A program made the position numbers and the translations under genes. A DNA stretch of 64,000 nucleotides from Candidatus Gastranaerophilales bacterium (GTDB taxonomy: Bacteria; Cyanobacteriota; Vampirovibrionia; Gastranaerophilales; Gastranaerophilaceae): the NCBI GenBank assembly GCA_944322935.1, contig CALUQO010000001.1, positions 43,934-107,933 of the forward strand, read 5' to 3'. The first letter of the stretch is position 1; each line of letters opens with the position of its first letter. This document shows positions 27,540-36,359 of this stretch, in pieces. The notes beneath the pieces were generated by a model. It was given only the letters and a program-made list of their open reading frames with translations. It was not told the origin of the DNA and did no database searches.

Positions 27540-28407
27540 TTCCCCCTTTGCCTTTTTGATTATTACTTTTTGCATTGTCGCTTGAGCCAAAGAGCTCATT
27601 TTTAAAAGCATATTGATACAAATTCAAATTTTGTACTGTCTTTTTTCCGGCAAGCCGTTCCAAATCCATCTGGTATCTGCGGACTTCTCTTATTTGTTCA
27701 AATTCCTGAAACAATAAATCATCATATTGTGCACCCGAAACAAGCATTTCCATTTTATCCGCAGGGTTGCCGCTTTGCGCTTTTTTCAGGGCTGTTGAGT
27801 AGTTTTTGTTATACAAAACCAGACGCTGCCTTGTATCTTTTACCTGACTCAGTGCCATTTTATAGTTGTAATACGAATTTATTATCTGATCCTGCAAAGA
27901 TTCAATCATTCCCGCAAGTTCAATAAGTTCCGTATCAGTAAGCGGAACTTCTTTAGGGTTATTTACTTTGGCAAGATAGTTATTAGCAAGCCTTCCCGTT
28001 GCATAAGAGGCTGACTGCACCATATAATTGGCACCAAAAAGTGCAGGAACAAAAGAAGCTCCGTTAATCAGTGCCGCCGCTGATTTTGCCAGCAGTGAAG
28101 AGTGATATCTCTGTTGTTCCGGCGGTATTGATAATTTTTTCATTGCGAATTTTATAAGACTGTTGTTTTCAACCGTAGCTTCCCAGAGCATTTCAATATC
28201 TTCAATGTCTTTTTTTTGCTGCATGTCAGCAATACTCTTAAGAGCTTCTTCTTTGTCCACGGTCAGCTCTTTTGTCTCTTTTTTGACCTTAGGTGTGTAT
28301 TCAACCTTGTGTTTGTCTACGTTATCCAGTCCTATTTCATCGGCAAAAGAACAAGGAATGCACACCAGACTCGCCAGAACTATTAAACTCGCAATCAATT
28401 TTTTCAT
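27523..28407 (-). CDS. secreted coiled-coil protein, paralog of the downstream gene
   Basis: Signal peptide MKKLIASLIVLASLVCIPCSFA. It shares the layout (KF..KKLS.P, a Gly/Ala-rich patch, a C-terminal helical repeat) with 26631..27539. Confidence 0.7.
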   Translation of the reverse strand: MKKLIASLIVLASLVCIPCSFADEIGLDNVDKHKVEYTPKVKKETKELTVDKEEALKSIADMQQKKDIEDIEMLWEATVENNSLIKFAMKKLSIPPEQQRYHSSLLAKSAAALINGASFVPALFGANYMVQSASYATGRLANNYLAKVNNPKEVPLTDTELIELAGMIESLQDQIINSYYNYKMALSQVKDTRQRLVLYNKNYSTALKKAQSGNPADKMEMLVSGAQYDDLLFQEFEQIREVRRYQMDLERLAGKKTVQNLNLYQYAFKNELFGSSDNAKSNNQKGKGGNDDKK

Positions 28408-28493
28408 ATAATATATTTTATAGCATATAAATTATACGGAAGAAATTTAGTGCAAAGTATTGTAAAATAATTATGCATCTTTGGAGAAAATTT

Positions 28494-29285
28494 ATGGAAA
28501 ATATACTAAAAGAAATAGCAAACCAGTATTCAAAGCTTGATTGCGTTTATGCTGTTGTACAGTCAGGCTCAAGAACCTCCGGACAGGGCGATGAAATGTC
28601 CGATTACGATATTTATGTTTATTCCGATATGGAAATACCGCTAGATTTTAGAACAGAGCTGGCAAAGGTATACTCCAATAATTACGAAATCAACAATCAG
28701 TATTTTGAAACCGGTGATGAATGGATATTGAAAGACGGAAACGGTTTTGATTTCATGTTCCGTTCAAAGAGCTGGATTCAAGACTGTATAGAAAATGTTT
28801 ACGTGAAACATTATGCATCAAATGGCTATACTACCTGCTTTTTACACAACGTTGCAACATCAAAAATTCTATATGATAAAAACAACTGGTTCAAAAATCT
28901 TCAGGTTAAAATAAGCTGCGGGTATCCAAAAGAATTGCGTGACAATATTATTAAAAGGAATATGATGCTTTTAAAGGATAAAAAAAGCGCATCATATCTT
29001 GAACAGATTAAACTGGCCGTAAAAAGAAACGACCCTGTCAGCATAAATCACAGGATAACAGTTTTTCTGGCTTCGTACTTTGATGTGCTGTTTGCTGCAA
29101 ACGAGATATTTCACCCCGGAGAAAAAAGACTCATCAAATACGCAAAACAGCATTGCAAATCTTTGCCGCAAGATTTTGAAAAAGATTTAACAGAACTTTT
29201 TAAAGCGGAGAACGACGGGAAAATATTAATTTTGGAAAACATGATTGAAAGACTAAGAAAAATATTACCCGACTTAAACTCTTAA
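28494..29285 (+). CDS. nucleotidyltransferase-domain protein (Pol-beta superfamily, DUF4037-like)
   Basis: GSRTSGQGDEMSDYDIYVY matches the GS-x-G...D.D minimal NTase motif. Start set at ATG 28494, 7 nt after GGAG. Confidence 0.75.
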   Translation: MENILKEIANQYSKLDCVYAVVQSGSRTSGQGDEMSDYDIYVYSDMEIPLDFRTELAKVYSNNYEINNQYFETGDEWILKDGNGFDFMFRSKSWIQDCIENVYVKHYASNGYTTCFLHNVATSKILYDKNNWFKNLQVKISCGYPKELRDNIIKRNMMLLKDKKSASYLEQIKLAVKRNDPVSINHRITVFLASYFDVLFAANEIFHPGEKRLIKYAKQHCKSLPQDFEKDLTELFKAENDGKILILENMIERLRKILPDLNS

Positions 29286-29351
29286 CGTCTGATATAATCT
29301 TTTTTAAGCCTTAATATAATGTTTAAGCGTAGCGATTAAGGAGATAAAAAA

Positions 29352-29894
29352 ATGGATGAAAACGCGCAAAACAATCAAAATCAACCTGAAAACAAATGCG
29401 GCTGCAAAACAGAACACTGGATAAAATTTGCTCTTGTTATTTTTGTGTTATTTATTGCCTGTTACTTAGCTGTGTATTATGTACTTGACCAGATGCGCCA
29501 TGCTTTTTATGCGCCGCCTATGCCAATGCACAATATAGACAGAATAATTAACGAACAGGAAAAAATGTTTGATTCTATGGGAGCAATGCCTATGCATAAC
29601 AGCGCATTAATGCATATGAAAACACCCGTAGAAACGTTTAAAGACGATTCACAAAATGCATACAAAATGATTATTGACCTGAAACCCTTTAATAACAGCC
29701 CAAACAATGTAAGCATTGATGTGCAAAAAAACAAGGTAAGCATAAACGGGCTGGGTGAAAAATCCGGAAAACATTCAGACAGGGTATACTCATTTTCGCA
29801 GAGCTTTGTTCTGCCGGAAGATATTGATACGGAAAATGTGGTCAAGAAACAGTCAGGGCATAAATATATAATAACTATGCCGATAGATGATTAA
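29352..29894 (+). CDS. membrane-anchored Hsp20/alpha-crystallin-like protein with Met/His-rich motifs
   Basis: TM helix WIKFALVIFVLFIACYLAVYYVL. Repeated PMPMHN / AMPMHNSALMHM motifs. The C-terminal ACD-like segment is YKMIIDLKPF...VSIDVQKNKVSING...FSQSFVLPEDID...KYIITMP. AAGGAG RBS. Confidence 0.65.
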   Translation: MDENAQNNQNQPENKCGCKTEHWIKFALVIFVLFIACYLAVYYVLDQMRHAFYAPPMPMHNIDRIINEQEKMFDSMGAMPMHNSALMHMKTPVETFKDDSQNAYKMIIDLKPFNNSPNNVSIDVQKNKVSINGLGEKSGKHSDRVYSFSQSFVLPEDIDTENVVKKQSGHKYIITMPIDD

Positions 29895-30128
29895 AATAAG
29901 TATTCTGCCTGGACGGGTACATCACTTTACCCAAACCAAATATAACACGGTGCAAAACCTTTTACCACGTTTATCGTGGCGTGTAAGCATGTATGTTGCG
30001 AATTTTACGATTATTCCGCTTATTCTTAGTGAGATTTTGTTTATGATTCCGCCCGAATAGTATCTTTACTATTTGTCATGTTTTTAAGAAAATAAGATTG
30101 TACGGATGATACAAAAAAGAGGTGTATT

Positions 30129-31334
30129 ATGAAAAAATCTATTCACGATTTAGGCGACATCAAAGGTAAAAGAGCTCTCGTACGTGTTGATGTAAACGTT
30201 CCTATGGACGAAAACAAAAACATCACTGATGACACAAGAATCAGAGCAATATTGCCGACATTACAATTTTTAAAAGATAAAGGTGCAAAAATTATCCTTA
30301 TGGCTCACCTTGGCAGACCGAAAGGAGAATGGAAACCTGCAGAATTTTCTCTGGAACCTGTTGCAAAATATATGTCTAAACTTTTGGGTGAAGACGTATT
30401 GTTTGTTAAATCTCCGGTAGGTGAAGGCGCAGACAAGGAACTCGAGGCATTAAAAGACGGTCAGGTTGCACTATTGGAAAACATACGTTTCTACAAAGCA
30501 GAAGAAGCAAAAGATGACGATATGACTTTTGCAAACGAACTGGCTAAACTTGGTGACTTCTATGTTAACGATGCATTCGGCGCTGCTCACAGGAACCACA
30601 CTTCAACGGCAAAACTTGCTAAAGTGTTAAAACCTGCTGTTTCAGGCTTGTTAATGGAAAAAGAAATCAGATGCCTGTCACAGGCTCTTGATAATCCTGT
30701 AAGACCTTTTACTGCTGTTGTAGGCGGTGCAAAAGTTTCTTCTAAAATCGGTGTTTTGGAAAACTTAATCGATAAAGTGGACAACCTGATAATAGGCGGC
30801 GGTATGGCTTATACTTTTGTAAAAGCTAACGGCGGCAAAATTGGTAACTCTATTTGCGAAGATGACCAGATGAATGTTGCTAAAGCTATTGAAAAGAAAG
30901 CTGCTGACAAGGGTGTTAAAATCGTTATGGCTACTGATGTTCTTGCTACGGATGATTTTTCCGGTAACGGCACCAACAAAATCACACCTATTGACCAAAT
31001 CCCTGACGGTTTTGAAGGTGTTGATGCAGGCCCCGAATCCGTTAAAAAATTCTCGGAAGTTATTGAAAATTCAAAAACAATCTTGATGAATGGCCCTGTA
31101 GGTGCTTTTGAAACAGCAGCTTTCTCTAACGGTACAAAAGCTGTATTGGAAGCGATCGTTGCCGCAACCAAAAACGGTGCTGTTTCAGTTATTGGCGGCG
31201 GTGATTCTGTTTCTGCTGCTAAACAGTTCTGCAAAGCAGAAGATTTTACTCACGTTTCAACAGGCGGAGGTGCTTCTCTTGAATTTATCGAAGGTAAAGT
31301 GCTCCCCGGTGTTGATGCATTGGATAACAAGTAA
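30129..31334 (+). CDS. pgk: phosphoglycerate kinase
   Basis: Full-length match to Pgk hallmarks: RVDVNVPMD, DTRIRA, HLGRPKG, NDAFGAAHR, GGAKVSSKI, GGGMAYTF, GGGDS. Confidence 0.97.
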   Translation: MKKSIHDLGDIKGKRALVRVDVNVPMDENKNITDDTRIRAILPTLQFLKDKGAKIILMAHLGRPKGEWKPAEFSLEPVAKYMSKLLGEDVLFVKSPVGEGADKELEALKDGQVALLENIRFYKAEEAKDDDMTFANELAKLGDFYVNDAFGAAHRNHTSTAKLAKVLKPAVSGLLMEKEIRCLSQALDNPVRPFTAVVGGAKVSSKIGVLENLIDKVDNLIIGGGMAYTFVKANGGKIGNSICEDDQMNVAKAIEKKAADKGVKIVMATDVLATDDFSGNGTNKITPIDQIPDGFEGVDAGPESVKKFSEVIENSKTILMNGPVGAFETAAFSNGTKAVLEAIVAATKNGAVSVIGGGDSVSAAKQFCKAEDFTHVSTGGGASLEFIEGKVLPGVDALDNK

Positions 31335-31353
31335 TTAAAATATTTGTTAATAC

Positions 31354-31392
31354 AAAAACCCCTTAGTTGATTAAAAACTAAGGGGTTTTTTA
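31354..31392 (+). terminator. rho-independent terminator after pgk
   Basis: CCCCTTAGTT / AACTAAGGGG perfect 10-bp stem followed by TTTTTT. Confidence 0.9.
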
Positions 31393-31507
31393 TTGTAGAG
31401 TTATTCTCAAACAAGAATACACAAAACCGGTTAATTATACACAAGCTTATTACACTGCAATATCTAAAAAAACAACAGGTGTCAGTATATAGCTTTGCAT
31501 ATTTATT

Positions 31508-32185
31508 TTATTCTTTAACTACCCTCGCCTGAAAACCTGCGGCTGAAATTTCTTTTGCCACGGCTTCTGCTTTGTGGGCGTTTGCATAAGAACCTGCCTG
31601 AAGCACATAACTTCCGTTAACCTCTTTTACGAAAGGACTTACGGATATATTCGTGTTCATAAGTCTGTTTTGTGCCTGTATTGCCTGCTCTATTGTTGGA
31701 TAAGACCCGACAAATACTTTGGACATTTTGAATTCATCAGTCTGTGAGCGAGAGCTTTGCACCGGTACGGGCGGGGCCGGAGAGGTAGTTTGTTGGGGAG
31801 CAACATACTCAATAGGGGCAAGTGCACCCGGTTCCGTTGTTTCGTCAGAAGTCTGTGTTTCTGCTTCTCTGACTTTTTCTTCCTCTTGATTTTGGTCTTG
31901 ATTATCCGTTGTTTTATATTCTATTTCTTCGGATTGTCCGTCGTCTCTTTTGGAAACACCCGGCATGTTGTCTTCCATTTGAATCCATCTTAAACGATCA
32001 TCTATAGGCTGCTTAACCTCGCTGTCCGTGTCATCCTGCTGCATTGTGTTCTCTTCACCGCCGCCGATTTCCACGTCAACATCGGGAGACATGCTTTTTA
32101 TAAAATAAGTTATTACAATAAGTGAAACCAGAAAAGTTACAACAAATAGTGCTATGGTTTGCTTAATTTTACTTGAGTTTGCCAT
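31508..32185 (-). CDS. SPOR-domain membrane protein
   Basis: N-terminal TM helix, an acidic low-complexity linker, and a C-terminal SPOR-like domain (VFVGSYPTIEQAIQAQNRL...YVLQAGSYANAHKAEAVAKEISAAGFQARVV). Confidence 0.8.
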   Translation of the reverse strand: MANSSKIKQTIALFVVTFLVSLIVITYFIKSMSPDVDVEIGGGEENTMQQDDTDSEVKQPIDDRLRWIQMEDNMPGVSKRDDGQSEEIEYKTTDNQDQNQEEEKVREAETQTSDETTEPGALAPIEYVAPQQTTSPAPPVPVQSSRSQTDEFKMSKVFVGSYPTIEQAIQAQNRLMNTNISVSPFVKEVNGSYVLQAGSYANAHKAEAVAKEISAAGFQARVVKE

Positions 32186-32190
32186 AAATT

Positions 32191-32766
32191 TTATACTCCC
32201 CTGACTTTACATACTGCGTCTGAAATTTCTGAGTTTTCTTCAATATATCGTTTCATGACATTTTTGGCAAATTCTTCAACTTCCGTAATACCCAAATCGG
32301 TTGTTAAGCCGCAGGCATCTACGGGCGCACCCGACGGGTCGATGTTTAACCCCGTATGAATAAGGCCGGAGGTTGTTGATTTTGTGGCAATTGAAACAGA
32401 CAGCTTTTTGTTAACACCGCCTATTTTTACGAAAATATCGTCGCCGCTGCGTGTTATTTCAAATTTATTGCCGAGAATTTTTCGCAGTTCTTCAATAATA
32501 ATACATATTAAAAATCGTTGTCTTAAAACACATTCAGGCAGAGTGATGCCGAATTGTTCAATGATAAAGCTTACCATTTTTTTGCTGTATATCGGAGAAT
32601 TTGATATAACATCTTCGATATCTACCATTTCCGTGATTTTTACATCCATCTCACCTGTAAACGCAACAATTGCATCCCCTAATATATGGAAATTTTTATA
32701 AATCCAATGAGGTGATAACTGGCTGCCTATGTATTTTATTTCTTTATCAATAAATAGTGATTTCAT
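32191..32766 (-). CDS. conserved hypothetical protein, possibly DUF366 family
   Basis: 191-aa ORF tightly packed between queC and the SPOR gene. The N-terminus (SPHWIYKNFHILGDAIVAFTGEMDV) resembles my recollection of DUF366. The family call is uncertain. Confidence 0.5.
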   Translation of the reverse strand: MKSLFIDKEIKYIGSQLSPHWIYKNFHILGDAIVAFTGEMDVKITEMVDIEDVISNSPIYSKKMVSFIIEQFGITLPECVLRQRFLICIIIEELRKILGNKFEITRSGDDIFVKIGGVNKKLSVSIATKSTTSGLIHTGLNIDPSGAPVDACGLTTDLGITEVEEFAKNVMKRYIEENSEISDAVCKVRGV

Positions 32767-32779
32767 GTTTTAACCTGTA

Positions 32780-33478
32780 TTAACTAAAAAGTTCTTTTAT
32801 TATTGTATCACAGCCATTGTTTTCCAATGCTCTTTTTAAACGGCTGCAGGATTCACACTTGCCGCAATGTCCTTTTACGGAATTATAGCAGCTGTTTATA
32901 AATTTTAACGGAACTTCAAGCTCCAAAGCTTTTTTTATAATTTCGTTCTTATTATAGTTAATCAATGGCGCAATTACTTTTATATCTTTATTTGTTGACG
33001 TTTTTAGAACCTCATTCATATCTTCAATAAATTTTTTTGAGTTATCGGAAAAAGTAGCTGCTTCTTCTTTGTTGGCTCCGATAACAATATAATCATACCC
33101 GTGAGAATCGGCAAATGATGCTGCAATGTTTATGAACAGTCCGTTTCTGTTTGGCACCCATACGTTTTTCATGCTTTCTGTTGTAATTTTTTCATTATCC
33201 AGAGATGTTTCAGCTACATCAGGTACAATATCCGCCGATACAAGCGCGGTATTTGTTATATCCTTAAGCCAATCAAGTTTTATGCATTTGTGAGGTATTT
33301 TATAAAATGCCGCAAGATTTTTAGAGGAAGTGTACTCTTTTTCAAATGCCTTTTGTCCGTAGTCGAAAGTCAAAGCAAGTTCAAAATAAATTTCTCTTGT
33401 TTGTGCAACAGCAATTGATACAGCTGAATCCAAACCTCCCGAAAGTAATATTACGGCTTTGTTTTTGCTGTTAGTCAT
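32780..33478 (-). CDS. queC: 7-cyano-7-deazaguanine synthase
   Basis: PP-loop AVILLSGGLDSAV, VPNRN and the C-terminal zinc cluster CGKCESCSRLKRA. Confidence 0.93.
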   Translation of the reverse strand: MTNSKNKAVILLSGGLDSAVSIAVAQTREIYFELALTFDYGQKAFEKEYTSSKNLAAFYKIPHKCIKLDWLKDITNTALVSADIVPDVAETSLDNEKITTESMKNVWVPNRNGLFINIAASFADSHGYDYIVIGANKEEAATFSDNSKKFIEDMNEVLKTSTNKDIKVIAPLINYNKNEIIKKALELEVPLKFINSCYNSVKGHCGKCESCSRLKRALENNGCDTIIKELFS

Positions 33479-34415
33479 CTTGTTCTTCTCTCAGTATAGT
33501 TTCTGCTTCTTCTTTGCATATATCACAATATTGTGCGCTGTTTATAATTCTGTTCAATTCCTCTTCGCCCAGAATATTGTAAAGCGCAATTACTGCATTT
33601 CGCTTAACCTCATCATCTCTGTCAGTGAGCATGCCTCTGATTAGGTCAACAGCTTCTTGGGTATCATAGTCCATAAGTGCTTCAATTGTATTTATGCGCA
33701 CCTGCGGGTTTTCGTCATTTAGAGATTTTTTCAGAACTTTAAAAGCTCTGTCATCGCTGGGACTCAAGCGGCAAAGAGCCTCTACTGCCTTTTCTTTAAG
33801 GTAGGTAAATTTATCCATAATTCCTGTTTTTGTTTCAAGAATTTTTACAAGTGAGTCAACAGCCCTCATATCACCGATAAGTCCGAGAGCAGTAGCTGCG
33901 GATTCCCTAACATATACGGATTTTTCCGATTCATCAGAAGCTACACTCATAAGCGATGTAACAGCGTATCTGTCGCCGAGACGGCCGAGCGCATCCGCAC
34001 AGCTAAGCCTCACTTTGTAGTTTTCGTCTTTGTCATTTAAACAATACATAAGCGCGTGCACAGAAGAATGGTCTTTGAGATTGGAAATCGCCTTTGCGCA
34101 GAGCACACGCACATTTGTATAGTAGTCTTTGTTGTAATCAGCGTGCGGGGTATGCTCTTTCATCAGCAAAAGCTCTGTCAATGGCGCAAGCGAAGAAGAA
34201 TCCCTGTATTTGTCCAGTTGTCTTATTAACCAGCAAAGAACATCGCAACGATATTCTATTTTTAAAAAGTAATTGAATATTGCTATTAATTCGATTTCTG
34301 AAAATTTTTTTTTAAGATTTTCGAGGCAATTTATCGTCTGAGCGTCTTCAGTATCCTGTGCTATCAAACACTCAGAAGCAACTATGTTAAAATCAATGCT
34401 TTTATTCTCAGACAT
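33471..34415 (-). CDS. HEAT-repeat (PBS-lyase type) protein
   Basis: Repeated VR..AA.ALG.IGD..AV..L units. It overlaps the queC start by 8 nt. Confidence 0.8.
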   Translation of the reverse strand: MSENKSIDFNIVASECLIAQDTEDAQTINCLENLKKKFSEIELIAIFNYFLKIEYRCDVLCWLIRQLDKYRDSSSLAPLTELLLMKEHTPHADYNKDYYTNVRVLCAKAISNLKDHSSVHALMYCLNDKDENYKVRLSCADALGRLGDRYAVTSLMSVASDESEKSVYVRESAATALGLIGDMRAVDSLVKILETKTGIMDKFTYLKEKAVEALCRLSPSDDRAFKVLKKSLNDENPQVRINTIEALMDYDTQEAVDLIRGMLTDRDDEVKRNAVIALYNILGEEELNRIINSAQYCDICKEEAETILREEQDD

Positions 34416-34527
34416 ATCCCCGTTGTTAAACCTTTTTGTTACTGATATTTATATACAAAAAACAAAAAGATATCAACTGTTTCTGGCATGGAAAATAACA
34501 TAACAGGTCTGCAAACTTTTGCGTTAA

Positions 34528-35142
34528 TTATTTTTCAATAACAAATATAGCTTCTTCACACAAAAGGTTTGTCAAAATTCTGTTGAAAGGGTTCTTGCTG
34601 ATTTTACCCCGTTTTATATAAATAGACTTTGAAATTCTTATGTCATGTTCTTTGCAAAAGTCAAAAAAGTCTTCGATTGTTAAAAGGTGTATGTTTGGAG
34701 TGTCATACCAGTTAAACGGGAGCATTTTGGATTTTGGCATACGTCCTTTGAAAAAAAGATAAAACCGCACACGCCAGTAACCAAAATTAGGAAAACTTAC
34801 CACATTTTTTTTGCCGGCACGCAGCATTTCTTCAATTACAAAGTCGGGTTTTTCGGTTGACTGTAAGGTTTGATTCAAAATTACATAGTCAAATTCTTTA
34901 TCCGTAAATTCTTTAAGCCCCTCGTCAATATCGCCCTGTATAACGGAAAGGCCTTTTTGTATACTTTCTATAACATTATTCTGGTTTATATCAATGCCAA
35001 TGCCGCTGCAATGCCTTTTTGTCGTAAGCATTTTCAAAAGCTCACCGTTTCCGCAGCCCAAATCCAGTACTTTAGAGTGTTCTTCAATCATGCCGGCTAT
35101 TACGGCATAGTTTAAGTGCAAGGATTCTGACGGGTTAAACAT
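34528..35142 (-). CDS. metW: methionine biosynthesis protein MetW (SAM-methyltransferase fold)
   Basis: [12 protein letters not shown] motif, ~200 aa, immediately downstream of metX. Start at ATG 35142, 6 nt after AAGGAG, overlapping the metX stop by 8 nt. Confidence 0.88.
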   Translation of the reverse strand: MFNPSESLHLNYAVIAGMIEEHSKVLDLGCGNGELLKMLTTKRHCSGIGIDINQNNVIESIQKGLSVIQGDIDEGLKEFTDKEFDYVILNQTLQSTEKPDFVIEEMLRAGKKNVVSFPNFGYWRVRFYLFFKGRMPKSKMLPFNWYDTPNIHLLTIEDFFDFCKEHDIRISKSIYIKRGKISKNPFNRILTNLLCEEAIFVIEK

Positions 35143-36295
35143 TTTCTTCTCCTTTCGCAAGGAAACTTTTTATAATTTTTGTCTGCGTTTCAAATTCGAG
35201 CAAAAATGCATCATGCCCGCAGGGAGACTCTATTTCACAAAAAGATACGTCTTTGCCTGCCTGTATAAGTGCATGTACGATTTCTTTCGACTGTTCGGTC
35301 GGAAACAGCCAGTCCGAGGTAAACGACATCACAAGAAAGCGAGCATTAGTCTTTTTAAAAGCAGCTTCTAAAGAGCCGTGTTTTTGTGCCATATCAAAGT
35401 AATCTACTGCCTTTGTTATATACAGATAACTGTTTGCGTCAAATCTGTCCACAAAAGTACGGCCCTGATGCTCAAGATAGCTTTCTACCTGAAAATCAAT
35501 ATTGAAGTCAAAATTTGGCCTGTTACTGTACTGAAAACGTCTGCCGAATTTTTTATGCATCGATTCTTCACAAAGATAGGTAATATGTCCAATCATACGT
35601 GCAATAGCCAGCCCTTTTTCCGGCTGTTTTTCTTTGTCATAATAGTCTCCGTTGTTAAAATACGGGTCAGACAATATAGCGTTGCGCCCCACTGCATTAA
35701 AAGCTATTCCCTGAGCACTAAGCCTGCTTGTGGAGGCAATTATTATTACATCTTTTACCATGTCAGCATTTGCTATAGACCATTCAAGAGCCTGCATTCC
35801 GCCCATTGAACCGCCGGCAACAATGAGTTTTTTTACCCCCAGGAATTCAACAAGTTTTTTTTGCACTTTAACAGCGTCTTCAATTGTTATTACGGGAAAA
35901 CTTAAACCGTACGGTCTACCTGTTTCAGGGTTTATGGAGCAAGGCCCTGTCGTACCGGAACAGCCGCCGAGCATGTTTGAAGAGATAACAAAATATTTGT
36001 CAGTGTCAAAAGCTTTTCCGGGACCAACCATATCCTCCCACCAGCCCGGTTTTTTATCTTTTTCATCATGGTAGCCTGCTGCGTGAGCATCACCCGTAAG
36101 TGCGTGTAAAAGCAAAATGGCATTATCCGCTTTTTCATTCAGAGTTCCGTATGTTTCGTAAGCAACATGTATTGGACCGAATTCTACGTTTGATTCCAGA
36201 AGAATTTTATCTGAGATATTAAAAAATTTAGTTTGTGTTAAGCCTACGGATTTTACTTCCTTTTGCAATGTTTTTGCTCCATCAATATTAAACAA
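35135..36295 (-). CDS. metX: homoserine O-acetyltransferase
   Basis: Alpha/beta-hydrolase fold with [21 protein letters not shown] (nucleophile elbow), SFTSDWLFP and GHDAFL, all typical of MetX. Confidence 0.95.
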   Translation of the reverse strand: MFNIDGAKTLQKEVKSVGLTQTKFFNISDKILLESNVEFGPIHVAYETYGTLNEKADNAILLLHALTGDAHAAGYHDEKDKKPGWWEDMVGPGKAFDTDKYFVISSNMLGGCSGTTGPCSINPETGRPYGLSFPVITIEDAVKVQKKLVEFLGVKKLIVAGGSMGGMQALEWSIANADMVKDVIIIASTSRLSAQGIAFNAVGRNAILSDPYFNNGDYYDKEKQPEKGLAIARMIGHITYLCEESMHKKFGRRFQYSNRPNFDFNIDFQVESYLEHQGRTFVDRFDANSYLYITKAVDYFDMAQKHGSLEAAFKKTNARFLVMSFTSDWLFPTEQSKEIVHALIQAGKDVSFCEIESPCGHDAFLLEFETQTKIIKSFLAKGEENV

Positions 36296-36359
36296 TCATA
36301 GCATATTTAATATCTTTTGGAATATGCGGATTATGCGGAAAGCAAATTTGTTTTTGTAT

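Noticed and set aside
30809-31234. Long antisense or alternative-frame ORFs inside confirmed genes, such as 30809..31234 in pgk. Others are 710..1054, 1724..2128, 2495..3049, 35378..36074, 36445..36891, 43526..43957, 53353..53793, 59590..60171 and 61910..62257.
   Set aside because: They lie within or opposite strongly supported genes, lack RBSs, and have the low-complexity composition typical of shadow ORFs in AT-rich DNA.
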